64,000 bases of DNA from an uncultured delta proteobacterium (GCA_963832165.1 CAWHTE010000007.1:672001-736000); one strand, 5' to 3'; positions 1-10,795 are shown, numbered from the stretch's first letter. Notes: generated from the sequence alone by a model not told the origin. A program made the numbers and translations.

Positions 1-546
1 AGCTACTTCGAACGGCGTGTGATCCAACGCGCGCTCGCGATCACGGGCGCGCGCGACGCGACCGTGATCGACGTGCCGTGCGGCGCCGGTCGCCTCACGC
101 CGCTTCTGTTGCCCGTGTCGAAACTGCTCGTCTCGTCCGACTACTCGCCCGCCATGCTGCACTTCTTCCGCCGCGCGCACGGCAAGCCCTGCTTCGTGGG
201 GAGCGCGTTCGATCTGCCGTTCGCGAACCGCACCTTCGACGTCGTCTTCTCGGCGCGCCTGTCGCATCACATCGAATCGGACGCGCGCCGCACCGACTAT
301 CTGCGCGAGCTCATGCGCATCAGCCGGGGCTCCGTGATCGTCACGATCTTCGACCGCAACTCGCTCAAGAACCTGCTGCGAGAGCTCTCGCGCCGCTTCC
401 GCGGCAAGCGCAGCAAGCACACGTTTTCGCGCGACGACGTCGACCGGATCGCGCGCGAGGGCGGCTTTGCGATCGCCGCGGGTCTCCCGCTCTCGCGGCT
501 CGCATCGGGCCACGTGTTCTACGTGCTGCGCCGCTCCGCGAAGTAG
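1..546 (+). CDS. Class I SAM-dependent methyltransferase (5' end runs off the window)
   Basis: Motif I variant VIDVPCGAGR and DLPFANRTFDVV; frame open to base 1. Confidence 0.85.
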   Translation, partial: SYFERRVIQRALAITGARDATVIDVPCGAGRLTPLLLPVSKLLVSSDYSPAMLHFFRRAHGKPCFVGSAFDLPFANRTFDVVFSARLSHHIESDARRTDYLRELMRISRGSVIVTIFDRNSLKNLLRELSRRFRGKRSKHTFSRDDVDRIAREGGFAIAAGLPLSRLASGHVFYVLRRSAK

Positions 547-560
547 GAGGGAGTCTGGAG

Positions 561-1133
561 ATGACGGGACCGCGGCACTGGACCACGCTCGAGAGCGAAG
601 CGATCCAGGATTGCCGCGTGTTCTCCGTGCGCCGCATTCGCGCGCGCTCGCCGCGCACGGGCGACGCGCACGACTTCTTCGCGCTCGACTCGTCCGACTG
701 GGTGAACGTCGTAGCGATCACTCCCGAGGAGAGCGTGGTGATGGTGCGACAGTTCCGGCACGGCGCGGGGCAGGTCACGCTCGAGACGCCGGGCGGCCTC
801 GTCGATCCGGGCGAGACTCCGGCCGAAGCGGCGGCGCGCGAGCTGCTCGAGGAGACCGGCTATGCGGCCGACGAAATCGTTCCGCTCGGCGCCCTGAATC
901 CAAATCCCGCGCTGTTCAGCAATCGCCTGCACGGATTCCTCGCGCGCGGCGCGCGGCCCGTCTGCGAGGTGCGCAACGATCGCACCGAGGAGACGCACGT
1001 CGAGCTCGTGCCGCTTGCGGAGCTGCGCGAGGCCGTGCGCGCGGGTCGCGTCGACCACGCGCTCGTGATCGCAGTCGCCTATCTCTATGAGCTGGATTCG
1101 AGCTCAGTCGGCGGCTCGGTGGGGCGGCGGTAG
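561..1133 (+). CDS. NUDIX hydrolase (ADP-ribose pyrophosphatase-like)
   Basis: Nudix box GLVDPGETPAEAAARELLEETGY; AGGAGG/GGAG upstream of ATG 561. Confidence 0.9.
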   Translation: MTGPRHWTTLESEAIQDCRVFSVRRIRARSPRTGDAHDFFALDSSDWVNVVAITPEESVVMVRQFRHGAGQVTLETPGGLVDPGETPAEAAARELLEETGYAADEIVPLGALNPNPALFSNRLHGFLARGARPVCEVRNDRTEETHVELVPLAELREAVRAGRVDHALVIAVAYLYELDSSSVGGSVGRR

Positions 1134-2324
1134 CCACCAGGGCAGCAGCGCGGCCACGACCAGTGCTCCGCAGCCGCCGACCTGATAGGGCGCGTCGGGG
1201 CCCGCCGCGTCGAGGAGCAGCCCCGCCCCCAGGAACGACAGCAGCCCGCCCAGGCTCACCCCCACCATGGCCAGGAGATTCTGAGCCGTCGAGCGCAGCT
1301 GCTCGGGCACGACGGCCTCGACGTAGAGCGGGCTCCCGATCACGAGCCCGGCCACCGTGATCCCGTGCAGCGCCTGCGCGGGGATCATCCAATCCGACTC
1401 GGGCGCGAACCCGCACACGATCCAGCGCACGCCGCCCGCCACGAGGCCCATCGCGAGCAGCCCGCGCGCGCCCACTCTCTGGAGTGTCGCGCCCGACAGC
1501 GCGATGAGCGGGAGCTCGAGCGAGAGCATCAGCACCCAGAGGTGGCTCACCGTGTCGAGACTGCCGCCATGCGCGCGCACGAAGATCGGAAAGATGCCCA
1601 TCGGGCCCTGCAGCATCAGGTAGCCGAGCAGCGCCATGCCGAGCAGGCGCACGTAGGGCCGGTGGGCGAGCAGACGCCGCCAGTCGCCGCGCTCCGCGCG
1701 CACTTCGAGCGCGCTCGAGCGCGGCAGTGCGAGCGCGATCGCGGCCGCGACCAGCATCAACGCGGCCGTGGCCGGGAACATCAGCGCGAGCGCGGGCTCC
1801 GAGGGTCCACCCGGCGCAGCGGCCAGGCCGCGCGCGGGATCGATCCAGCTGAGCAGGAACGGGAAGCCGAACACGAGCGCGCCGTAACCGACCGTTCCCC
1901 ACGCGCGGTACAGGCCGAAATCGTGCGTGGTCACGTTCGGCGCGATCGCGAACGTGACGGCGACGGCCGTGGGCACGAGTGCGGTAGAGAAGCACGACAG
2001 CACTGAGGTCAGCACGAGCATCGAAGCGAAGTCCGAGCCGAGCGTGAGCGACGCATAACCTGCGGCCGAGCCCAATGAGAGAACGGCGAGCACCCGCGCG
2101 CGCGTTCCCGTGCGATCGGCGAGCACTCCCCACACGGGCTGCGCCGCGATCGCCACGAGCGGTGGGATCGCGAGCAGCGCGCCCACCTGCCATCCCGTGA
2201 GCGCGAGGTTCTCGCGCAGGTAGAGGCTGAAGAACGGGAAGAAGATCCCGAGGCTGCCGAGGCTGCAGAACCAGAACGACGACATCGCGAAGCCGGCGCG
2301 TGTCGGCCGAGCGGGCGTGTGCAC
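1104..2324 (-). CDS. MFS transporter (nucleoside:H+ symporter/MFS_1-like)
   Basis: About 12 hydrophobic segments, WGVLADRTG motif A, YRAWGTVGY; start is GTG 2324 or ATG 2285. Confidence 0.85.
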   Translation of the reverse strand: MHTPARPTRAGFAMSSFWFCSLGSLGIFFPFFSLYLRENLALTGWQVGALLAIPPLVAIAAQPVWGVLADRTGTRARVLAVLSLGSAAGYASLTLGSDFASMLVLTSVLSCFSTALVPTAVAVTFAIAPNVTTHDFGLYRAWGTVGYGALVFGFPFLLSWIDPARGLAAAPGGPSEPALALMFPATAALMLVAAAIALALPRSSALEVRAERGDWRRLLAHRPYVRLLGMALLGYLMLQGPMGIFPIFVRAHGGSLDTVSHLWVLMLSLELPLIALSGATLQRVGARGLLAMGLVAGGVRWIVCGFAPESDWMIPAQALHGITVAGLVIGSPLYVEAVVPEQLRSTAQNLLAMVGVSLGGLLSFLGAGLLLDAAGPDAPYQVGGCGALVVAALLPWWLPPPHRAAD

Positions 2325-2328
2325 CCGA

Positions 2329-2694
2329 TCAGACCGCCGATTCGACGCGCGCGAGCAGCACGTCCACGAGCCGCTCGTCGAATCCCAGCGGCGCCGCCAC
2401 GCGCACGCGCAGCGCAGGGTGTGCGGCGCGCGCGCGCTCGACGAGCTGCGGGATGTCGCGGCTCGTGTGGCGCCCGGGACCGAGGAAGTAGGGGCACACC
2501 ACCACCTCGCTCGCGCCGCGCGCGGCGCAGCGCTCGAGGGCCGCGGCCAGCGTCGGCTCGGCGAGCTCCATGTGCGCCACCTCGACGATCGCGCCGCGCA
2601 GCCGCGCGCGCACGGCATCCGCGATCCGATCGAGCAGCTCGTTGGCCTCGGAGAGCTGGCTCCCGTGGTCGACGAGCAGGATCGCGCGGCTCAC
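2329..2694 (-). CDS. Short CbiX/SirB-type chelatase domain protein
   Basis: ILLVDHGS, HMELAEP and PYFLGPGRH...DIP motifs; GTG overlaps the ferredoxin stop. Confidence 0.85.
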   Translation of the reverse strand: MSRAILLVDHGSQLSEANELLDRIADAVRARLRGAIVEVAHMELAEPTLAAALERCAARGASEVVVCPYFLGPGRHTSRDIPQLVERARAAHPALRVRVAAPLGFDERLVDVLLARVESAV

Positions 2695-2981
2695 CAGTAA
2701 GGCGCCGTGACGGAGAGATCCGCGCACACGCGGATCTGGCACGCGAGCCGCAGCCGCGGGTCGATCCGGTTGCGCTGCTTGGTGCGCGACTCCTCGGGGG
2801 TCTCGGCGGGGATGTCGTCCCGACCCGCGAGGATCTCGAGGCCGCAGCGACCGCACAGCCCATCGGCCCGGCACGCGCTCGCAATCGGCAGCTTTGCGCC
2901 GCGCACGGCGTCGATCAGCAGCGTGCCGGCCGGCACGCGAACGCTGCGATCCTGTCCCGGGAAGTGGACCTGGACGTCCAT
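2691..2981 (-). CDS. 2Fe-2S ferredoxin
   Basis: C-x5-C-x2-C (ACRADGLCGRC) plus RLACQ. Confidence 0.9.
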   Translation of the reverse strand: MDVQVHFPGQDRSVRVPAGTLLIDAVRGAKLPIASACRADGLCGRCGLEILAGRDDIPAETPEESRTKQRNRIDPRLRLACQIRVCADLSVTAPYW

Positions 2982-3045
2982 CGCGGGCCAGCGTAGGGCG
3001 GTGCCCAACGGGCCGCAAAACGAGTACGTCCCGTATACTGGCCCC

Positions 3046-3771
3046 ATGCCCACCGCCGGCATTCTCGTGATCGGCAACGAGATCCTCTCGGGGAAGGTGG
3101 TCGATACCAACTCCCCGTACTTGTGTAGGGAGCTCCGCGCGCTCGGGGTCGACGTCGAGCGCATCGTCACGATTCCGGACGTGATCGATGTGATCGCCGA
3201 GAACGTGCGCGCGATGTCCAAGACCTACGACCTCGTGTTCACGTCGGGCGGTATCGGACCCACGCACGACGACCTCACGATCGACGGAATCGCGGCGGCG
3301 TTCGGCCGCCAGCTCGAGCACAGCGAGACGATCGCGGCGCGGATCGAGCGCGCCACGGGCAAGGTGCCGAACGCGAGCCAGCTCAAGATGGCCCAGGTGC
3401 CCGCGGGCGCGACGCTGATCGACGCGGGAGATCTCTGGTTCCCGCTCGTGGTGGTCGAGAACGTCTACATCTTCCCGGGCATCCCGGAGCTGCTGCGCAA
3501 GAAGTTCGAGTCGGCGCGCGATCGGTTCCGCGGCGTTCCGTTCGTGATCAAGCGCGTCTACGTGACGCGCATGGAGAGCGAGATCGCCGAGCACCTCCAC
3601 GAGCTGCTCGCGGAGTTCCCCGAGCTCCATCTCGGCTCGTACCCGCGCATCCAGGAGGAGTCGTTCCGCGTGATGTTGACGCTCGAGTCGCGCGACGCGG
3701 GCTACGTGCAGCGCGCGCTCGACTCGCTGCTCGGTCGCCTTCCGGACGGCGCGGTTCGCCGGGTGGAGTGA
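3046..3771 (+). CDS. CinA N-terminal/molybdopterin-binding domain protein (FAD hydrolase-like)
   Basis: IGNEILSGKVVDTN, SGGIGPTHDD and FPGIP motifs. Confidence 0.9.
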   Translation: MPTAGILVIGNEILSGKVVDTNSPYLCRELRALGVDVERIVTIPDVIDVIAENVRAMSKTYDLVFTSGGIGPTHDDLTIDGIAAAFGRQLEHSETIAARIERATGKVPNASQLKMAQVPAGATLIDAGDLWFPLVVVENVYIFPGIPELLRKKFESARDRFRGVPFVIKRVYVTRMESEIAEHLHELLAEFPELHLGSYPRIQEESFRVMLTLESRDAGYVQRALDSLLGRLPDGAVRRVE

Positions 3772-4205
3772 CGGACTCCCTCGCGTCGGCAACCTCCTGG
3801 TTCGCGTACGGGCATCCCGCATGGATGATCGCCGCGATCGGCATGTGTCTGCTCGCGCTGCGCATCGGCCTGTCGCTGCGGCGAGCGCGTCTCGCGCGGC
3901 GCCCGCCGTCGCACGGCGCGCGCGCGCGGCACCTGCGCATCGCGAAGCCCGCGGTCGTGCTCGTTCTGGTGGGCTTCGCGCTGGGTCCGCTCTCGGTCGC
4001 GCTGCTGCGCGACTGGACGCCGATGAGCAGCTTCCACGCGCTGCTCGGCGGGATCGCGGCGGTGCTGTTCGCGGGCGCCGGGCTCCAGGGGCGCCGCCTC
4101 GAGCGCGGCGATCGCGACGCGCGCAACCTGCACGCGCTGCTCGGTGGTGCTGCGGTGTCGATCGCGCTCGCGGCGGCGATCGCGGGCTTCGTGCTGCTGC
4201 CCTAG
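3768..4205 (+). CDS. Small 4-TM membrane protein (DUF4079/cytochrome b561-like)
   Basis: Four hydrophobic helices with a His in or beside each (GHP, RHL, FHA, LHA); GTGA overlap with the upstream gene. Confidence 0.65.
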   Translation: MTDSLASATSWFAYGHPAWMIAAIGMCLLALRIGLSLRRARLARRPPSHGARARHLRIAKPAVVLVLVGFALGPLSVALLRDWTPMSSFHALLGGIAAVLFAGAGLQGRRLERGDRDARNLHALLGGAAVSIALAAAIAGFVLLP

Positions 4206-4227
4206 CGCAGGAAGCCGAGGGCTCCGC

Positions 4228-4974
4228 CTACTTCTGCACCGTGTAGGTCGTGCTGAGGTAGCGACCCATCTCACTCGTCTCCGCGCGCGCGACCCTTGCA
4301 CCGAGCTGCTTCAGCAGTGCGACGACCTCCCGCTCGGGGATCGCGTACGTCTCCATGTGCGGGCCCGGCCGCGCACTGCGCGCGGCTCTGCGCTGCTCGC
4401 GCCGCCGCTCGAGCAGCGAATCGGGGATCAGGCGCTCGAGCGCGCGGACGACGCGGCGGTCGAGCCGCGCGTCCTTCCGGCGTCCGCTCGGGATCTGCAT
4501 CAGCAGCACTCCGCCGGGCCGCAAGATGCGCACGAACTCGCGGATGTAGCCGATCGCGTACTCCGGCCGCATGTGCTGCAACACGAGCAGCGTCAGCACG
4601 AAGTCGAACGACGCGTCGCCGAATATGCTCAGGTCGTCGCACTCGTTCAGCACGAAGCGACAGCGGGGATGGTCGCGGTTGAGCTCGCCCGCCAGCTCCA
4701 CCATCGACGCGGCGATGTCGATGCCGACCACTTCGTCGTAGTAGTCGCCGAGCGCGCGGCTCAAGCGGCCCGCTCCGCATCCGAAGTCGAGCGCTCGTTC
4801 GCGCCGCGTGGCGAGCCCGCTTGCGTCGAGGTCGCGCATCACCTGCGCGATCACGACGCTTCCGGTCTCGAAGAACTCGTCCTGCTTCCAGTCGTCGCGA
4901 TTCGTGAGGATCGCGAAGAATGGGCGCTCGCGGCCGAATTCGTCCCAGTTCCGTCGCAGCTCTTCGATTTTCAT
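4228..4974 (-). CDS. Class I SAM-dependent methyltransferase
   Basis: ALDFGCGAGRL, VLQH and RILRPGG motifs. Confidence 0.9.
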   Translation of the reverse strand: MKIEELRRNWDEFGRERPFFAILTNRDDWKQDEFFETGSVVIAQVMRDLDASGLATRRERALDFGCGAGRLSRALGDYYDEVVGIDIAASMVELAGELNRDHPRCRFVLNECDDLSIFGDASFDFVLTLLVLQHMRPEYAIGYIREFVRILRPGGVLLMQIPSGRRKDARLDRRVVRALERLIPDSLLERRREQRRAARSARPGPHMETYAIPEREVVALLKQLGARVARAETSEMGRYLSTTYTVQK

Positions 4975-5172
4975 TCGCCGCCCATGGTACTTCGCAGGCG
5001 CCCAGCGTCAGCGAGAAGAGCGCCGCGCCGGCCCATCTCTTCGCGCTGCGGCGCGATCCCCCGTTTCACCGTCAGTGGCGCGAGCTCAAGGCCGCGTGAA
5101 TTCGAGGGTTTTGCGCGCTAACCCTCATCCCGCGGAGCGCCGAACGCGCCCCCGGTTGGAGCGGAGCGAGCC

Positions 5173-6369
5173 ATGGCTGAACTGTTCGACGACCAAGAGA
5201 AGATCCGACTCTTCCTTCCCGAGATCATGCGCTGTCCACAGCCGGCCTATGCCGATCTCCGATCGAAGTGTCCCGTCGGGCGCATGTTCTTCACGAATTC
5301 GCCGGTCGTGTCGCGCTTCCAGGACGTACACGATGCGCTGCGCGATCCGGAGACCTTCTCGTCCGAGATCGACCTGAAGCTCGGCAACGTGCGGCCGATG
5401 ATTCCGCAGCAGCTCGATCCGCCCGTGCAGACGCGCTACCGCAAGCTGCTCGACCCCCTGTTCTCGCGCCCGAAGATGGCGGAGCTCGTGCCCGGGATCC
5501 GCGCGCACGCCAAGGCGCTGATCGATGAGGTCGCGGAGAAGGGCGAGTGCGAGTTCGATTCGGCGTTCGCGATTCCGCTGCCGTGCATTGCGTTCCTGAG
5601 CCTGTTCGGGCTGCCGCACTCGGATCTGCCGACCTTCCTCGACATGAAGGACGGGATCATCCGCCCGCACAAGTTCCTGCCGCCGGGTAGCTACGATCTC
5701 GCGAAGGCAGAAGAGATCCGGAACACCACCAGCCAGCGGATGTACGCCTACTTCGACGACGAGATCGCGCGGCGCCGTGTGAATCCGAAGCAGGATCTTC
5801 TCGGCGATCTCCTCTCCGCGGAGATCGACGGCAAGAAGCTCGAGCACAACGAGATCCTCGACATCTGCTACCTGATGTTGATGGCGGGCCTCGACACGGT
5901 GACCGCGACGCTCGGCTGCAACATCGCCTATCTCGCGGCGAACCCCGATCAACGCCGGCGGCTGGTGGAGAACCCCGGGCTGATCCCGGCCGCGGTCGAG
6001 GAACTCCTGCGCTGGGAGACGCCCGTCACCGCGGTGCCGCGCGTCGCCAAGAAGGACGTGAAGATCCAGGGCTTCGAGATCAAGGCGGGGGAGATCGTCA
6101 CGTTCCTGATCGGCTCGGCCAATACCGATGACACCCGCTTCCAGAACGCGCAGTCGGTCGACTTCGATCGCGAGCACAACAAGCACGTGGCGTTCGGGAT
6201 CGGTCCGCACCGCTGCCTCGGCTCGCACCTCGCGCGCATGGAGCTCCAGGTGGCGATGGAGGAGTGGCACAAGCGCATTCCCGAGTACTCGATCAAGCCG
6301 GGCGAGACGCCCACCTACTCACCGGGGATCCGCGAGGTGATGTACCTGCCGCTGGTGTGGAGCGCGTAG
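5173..6369 (+). CDS. Cytochrome P450
   Basis: I-helix AGLDT, ExxR (EELLR), heme ligand FGIGPHRCLG. Confidence 0.95.
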   Translation: MAELFDDQEKIRLFLPEIMRCPQPAYADLRSKCPVGRMFFTNSPVVSRFQDVHDALRDPETFSSEIDLKLGNVRPMIPQQLDPPVQTRYRKLLDPLFSRPKMAELVPGIRAHAKALIDEVAEKGECEFDSAFAIPLPCIAFLSLFGLPHSDLPTFLDMKDGIIRPHKFLPPGSYDLAKAEEIRNTTSQRMYAYFDDEIARRRVNPKQDLLGDLLSAEIDGKKLEHNEILDICYLMLMAGLDTVTATLGCNIAYLAANPDQRRRLVENPGLIPAAVEELLRWETPVTAVPRVAKKDVKIQGFEIKAGEIVTFLIGSANTDDTRFQNAQSVDFDREHNKHVAFGIGPHRCLGSHLARMELQVAMEEWHKRIPEYSIKPGETPTYSPGIREVMYLPLVWSA

Positions 6370-6373
6370 CGAC

Positions 6374-6565
6374 GTGAAGCTGCGGCTCGACGAGGCGAAG
6401 TGCACGGGTCACGGGCGCTGCTATGTGCTCGGCCCCGACGTGTTCGGCGAGGACGATTCCGGGCACTGCGTGCTGCGCGTGACCGAAGTGCCCCCCGCGC
6501 TCGCCGACCAGGCGCGCGCGGGCGAGCAGAATTGTCCGGAAGGCGCGCTCTCGATCGAGCGGTAG
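6374..6565 (+). CDS. 3Fe-4S-type ferredoxin (P450 partner)
   Basis: CTGHGRC...CPEGAL; starts 4 nt after the P450 stop. Confidence 0.9.
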   Translation: MKLRLDEAKCTGHGRCYVLGPDVFGEDDSGHCVLRVTEVPPALADQARAGEQNCPEGALSIER

Positions 6566-6659
6566 CGAGGCGGATGCGCGCCTGGCGATGCGTCGCGCGC
6601 GGCCCGTGCGACTCGTGGCGAGTGGGCCTGGCGTCATCGTCTACCATGGCCGGTCTCCC

Positions 6660-8564
6660 ATGCCGCTCCTCAGCTTCGATCGCGTCTCGATCGCCTTCGG
6701 GCAGGCCCCCCTGCTCGAGGATGCGAGCTTCACGGTCGAGGCCGGCGAGCGCATCGGCCTGATCGGCCGCAATGGCGCTGGCAAGTCGACGCTGCTCCAG
6801 CTCGTCGACGGTGCAGTGGCGCCCGACGCCGGCGAGGTGTGGCGACAGCCGGGGCTTCGGATTGCACGCCTCGCGCAGGAGCTGCCCGGCGACGCGGGCG
6901 CGACCGTCTACGACGCGGTCGCGGAGGGGCTCTCCGCGGCCGGGCGGCTGCTCGCGGAATACCACCACGTTTCGCACGAGGTCGCGAACGACGCATCGCT
7001 GCTGCGTCGCATGGAGGAGCTTCAGCACGAAATCGAAGCGTGCGATGGCTGGAGCCTCGGGCAGCGTGTGGATCAGATCCTCGCGCGGCTCGAGCTCGAC
7101 GGAGAGGCTTTCCTCGGTGCACTGTCGGGCGGTTGGAAGCGCCGCGTCGCGCTCGCTCGTGCGCTCGTCAGCGAGCCCGACCTGTTGCTGTTGGACGAGC
7201 CCACCAACCACCTCGACATCGAAGTGATCCAGTGGCTGGAGGAGCGCCTGCAGGAGCTCTCCGGCGGCGTTCTCTTCGTGACCCACGATCGCGCGCTGCT
7301 GACGCGGCTCGCGACGCGGATTCTCGAGCTCGATCGCGGTGCGCTGACCTCCTGGCCGGGGAGCTATCCCCGCTTCGTCGCGGACAAGGCCGCCGCGCTC
7401 GAACAAGAGGAGCGCCAGCAGGCGGTTTTCGACAAGAAGCTCGCCCAGGAAGAAGTGTGGATCCGCAAGGGCATCAAGGCGCGCCGCACGCGCAACGAGG
7501 GTCGCGTGCGGGCGTTGCTTCGGCTGCGCGAACAGCGCGCGCAGCGACGCGAGCTGGAGGGAAAGGCACGAATCGCGCTCGATCCGGGCGAAAGCTCGGG
7601 AAAGCTCGTGATCGACGCGGAGCAGGTCGCGTTCGCGTGGGGCGGCCTGCCCGTCGTGCGCGATCTCTCGCTGCGCATCATGCGCGGCGACCGGATCGGC
7701 CTGGTCGGCCCGAATGGCGCGGGCAAGACCACGCTGTTGCGGATCCTGCTCGGGGAACTCGCGCCGACCTCGGGAAGCGTTCGCCTCGGCACGAAAGTCC
7801 AGGTGGCCTACTTCGATCAGCTGCGCGCCGAGCTGGCGCTGGACCGGACGGTGATCGGGAACATCGCCGATGGGAGCGAGTACACCGAGATCAACGGGCA
7901 GCGTCGCCACGTGCTCGGCTATTTGCAGGATTTCCTGTTCAGTCCCGAACGCGCGCGCACGCCGGTGAGCGCGCTCTCGGGAGGCGAACGCAACCGCGTC
8001 TTGCTCGCGCGTCTCTTCGCACAGCCTGCGAATCTGCTCGTGATGGACGAGCCCACCAATGACCTCGATCTCGAAACCCTCGAGCTGCTCGAAGAGCTGT
8101 TGATCGAGTATCCCGGCACGCTGCTCCTGGCCTCACACGACCGCGCGTTCCTCGACAACGTGGTTACCTCGACGATCGTCTTCGAGGGCGGAGGACGCGT
8201 GCAGGAGCACGTCGGCGGATACTCGGATTGGATCCGCTACACGCAGCGGTTGGCCTCCGCCAAAGCGACAGAGAGCGCGAAGCGCGCGCCCTCCCCGCCG
8301 TCTCCTACCGAGCGCGCAGGGAAGCCTCGGCGCCAGAAGCTCTCGTTCCGCGAGGCGCGGGAATTGGCGGATACACCGGGCAGGATCGAGGCGCTCGAGC
8401 GCGAGCAGGCGGAGCTCGGCGCACGTGTGAGCGAGCCCGCGTTCTACAAGAGCGAAGCTGCCGAACAAGCGCACGTGCACGCGCGACTGGCGGCGCTCCC
8501 GGCGGAGCTCGCCGCGGCGTATGGGCGCTGGGAGGCTCTGGAGATGCGGCGCGAGGAGTCGTGA
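6660..8564 (+). CDS. uup: ABC-F family ATPase Uup
   Basis: Two ABC domains (GRNGAGKS, LSGGW, DEPTNHLD; GPNGAGKT, LSGGE), WIRKGIKARRTRNEGRVRAL linker, C-terminal coiled coil. Confidence 0.92.
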   Translation: MPLLSFDRVSIAFGQAPLLEDASFTVEAGERIGLIGRNGAGKSTLLQLVDGAVAPDAGEVWRQPGLRIARLAQELPGDAGATVYDAVAEGLSAAGRLLAEYHHVSHEVANDASLLRRMEELQHEIEACDGWSLGQRVDQILARLELDGEAFLGALSGGWKRRVALARALVSEPDLLLLDEPTNHLDIEVIQWLEERLQELSGGVLFVTHDRALLTRLATRILELDRGALTSWPGSYPRFVADKAAALEQEERQQAVFDKKLAQEEVWIRKGIKARRTRNEGRVRALLRLREQRAQRRELEGKARIALDPGESSGKLVIDAEQVAFAWGGLPVVRDLSLRIMRGDRIGLVGPNGAGKTTLLRILLGELAPTSGSVRLGTKVQVAYFDQLRAELALDRTVIGNIADGSEYTEINGQRRHVLGYLQDFLFSPERARTPVSALSGGERNRVLLARLFAQPANLLVMDEPTNDLDLETLELLEELLIEYPGTLLLASHDRAFLDNVVTSTIVFEGGGRVQEHVGGYSDWIRYTQRLASAKATESAKRAPSPPSPTERAGKPRRQKLSFREARELADTPGRIEALEREQAELGARVSEPAFYKSEAAEQAHVHARLAALPAELAAAYGRWEALEMRREES

Positions 8565-8607
8565 GGCATCCCGGGCCGCGATCGTGCGCTTTACCTGTTA
8601 GGCGGAG

Positions 8608-9699
8608 CTAGCGCGGCAGCGCGTCGAGTGCGCGCTGGCGCAGCCAGTGGTCGGCGAGCACGAGGCAGACCATCGCCTCGACCATCGGCACCGCGCGCGG
8701 GAGCACGCACGGGTCGTGGCGGCCCTGCGCCTCGAGCGTGGTAGCGCGGCCGTCGCGCGTGACGGTCTGCTGCGCCTGCGAGATCGTGGCGGTGGGCTTG
8801 AACGCCACGCGCACCACGATGTCCTCGCCGTTGCTGATGCCGCCCTGCACGCCGCCCGAGCGGTTGGCGGCCGTGCGCGGTCGGCCGTCGGGACCCGGCA
8901 CGAACGGATCGTTGTGCTCGATGCCCGTCATGTGCGAGCCGGCGAAGCCGCTGCCGATCTCGAAGCCCTTCGACGCGGGCAGCGACATCAGCGCGCGCGC
9001 GAGGTCGGCCTCGAGCTTGTCGAACACGGGCTCGCCGAGCCCCGCTGGCACACGCCGCGCGACGCACTCCACCACGCCGCCGAGCGAGTCACCGCGCGCG
9101 CGCGCGGCCTCGATGATCGCGGCCATCTCCGCGGCGGCGGCCGCATCGGGGCAGCGCACCGGATTCGCCTCGATGCTCGCGAGCGTAACCGCGCCCGCAT
9201 CGATCTTGGCCTCGACGTCGTAGACGCGCTGCACCCACGCGAGCACCTCCACGCCGCCGAGCTCCGCGATGAGCTTGCGCGCGATCGCGCCCGCCGCGAC
9301 GCGACCGACCGTCTCTCGGGCGCTGGCGCGTCCGCCGCCCTGCCAGTTGCGCACGCCGTACTTCTCTTCGGTGGTGAAGTCGGCGTGCGAAGGGCGGTAG
9401 ACGTCCTTCATGTGCTCGTAGGCACTCGGCCGCGCGTCCTGGTTGCGCACGAGCAGTGCGATCGGAGTGCCGAGCGTCACACCCTCGAACACACCCGAGA
9501 GGATCTCCACGCGATCCTCTTCCTGGCGCGGTGTCGTGAGCGAGCTCTGACCCGGCCGCCGCCGATCGAGGTCGCGTTGGATCTCCGCGGCGTCGATCGG
9601 CAGCCGCGGCGGACACCCGTCCACGACGACACCGACACCTCCGCCGTGACTCTCGCCGAACGTGGTGATCTGGAATGCGTGACCGAAGCGGCTCGACAC
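8608..9699 (-). CDS. aroC: Chorismate synthase
   Basis: [24 protein letters not shown] and GRHDPCV motifs. Confidence 0.97.
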   Translation of the reverse strand: MSSRFGHAFQITTFGESHGGGVGVVVDGCPPRLPIDAAEIQRDLDRRRPGQSSLTTPRQEEDRVEILSGVFEGVTLGTPIALLVRNQDARPSAYEHMKDVYRPSHADFTTEEKYGVRNWQGGGRASARETVGRVAAGAIARKLIAELGGVEVLAWVQRVYDVEAKIDAGAVTLASIEANPVRCPDAAAAAEMAAIIEAARARGDSLGGVVECVARRVPAGLGEPVFDKLEADLARALMSLPASKGFEIGSGFAGSHMTGIEHNDPFVPGPDGRPRTAANRSGGVQGGISNGEDIVVRVAFKPTATISQAQQTVTRDGRATTLEAQGRHDPCVLPRAVPMVEAMVCLVLADHWLRQRALDALPR

Positions 9700-9717
9700 G
9701 TCGCGAAGATACCCCGA

Positions 9718-10795
9718 CTACGGTGGACTAGCCTGCAAGCCCAACGCCTTGCGGGTCGGGCCGCCGAGCGGGAGCGCCGCGAGTGCCGATCTCGACACCC
9801 AGCGGTGTGCGTCCCAGCCCGAACGCCGGACGCGTCCCGCACCCGCTCTGCCGCGGTACACGTGCAGACGCAGCAGCCGGTGGGTGAACGCGTGCTCCAC
9901 GATGCCCAGCGGCTCGGACGCGGACACGGCGAGGCCGATTCCCTCGCGCAGCGCGCGCGCGAGTGCGCGCGCGGGAGCTTCTCCCTCGCGCAGCTCGCCG
10001 CCGGGTAGCTCCCAGAGGCCACCGAGCAGACCGCGCTGGGGCCGCTGCACGGCCAACACGCGGTCGTGTCGGACCAGGAATCCCGCCACGGCCTCGCACG
10101 CGGCGCACCGCAGCCGGGCGCGAGCGGATCGGCAGCAGCTCCGCGCGCCCCTGCGCGCGAGCGGCGCAGTGCGGCTGCCACGGGCACGCGGGACACTGCG
10201 GCGCGCGCGGCGTGCACACGGTGGCGCCGAGCTCCATGAGCGCCTGGTTCATCGCTCCGGGATCATCGCCGCGCGCGAGCTGCTCGGCCTCGCTCCAGAG
10301 CCGCTCCTGTACTGCGGCGCTGCGCACGTCGGCGTCGATCGCGAAAACGCGCGCGAGCACGCGCGCGACGTTGCCGTCGACGATCGGAGCCGGCTTGTCG
10401 AACGCGATCGAGGCGAGCGCGCCGGCCGTGTAGCGTCCGACGCCCGGCAGCTCACGCAGCGCGTCCACGTCCCCGGGCAGCCGGCCCGCGTGGTGCTCCA
10501 TCACGATCTGCGCGGCGCGGTGCAGATTGCGCGCGCGCGAGTAGTAACCGAGACCCGCCCACAGCGCGATCACGTCGTCGGTGTCGGCGGTCGCGAGCGT
10601 CTCGACGTCGGGGAAGCGCGCGAGGAAGCGCTCCCAGTACGGGATCACCGTCTCCACCCGCGTCTGCTGGAGCATCGTCTCGGAGATCCAGATCGCGTAC
10701 GGGTCGCGCGTGCGCCGCCACGGCAGATCGCGGCGGTGGGCGCGATACCACGCGAGCAGCTTCCTGCGCAGCGCGCTGCGCGGGCGCGGAGTCAC
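9718..10795 (-). CDS. mutY: A/G-specific adenine glycosylase MutY (frameshift near 10096, probably a sequencing error)
   Basis: SETMLQQT, WAGLGYYSRARNLH, LPGVGRYTAGA, Fe-S loop CTPRAPQCPACP; C-terminal Nudix-like domain (GLLGGLWELP, HAFTH) in the adjacent frame. Confidence 0.93.
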
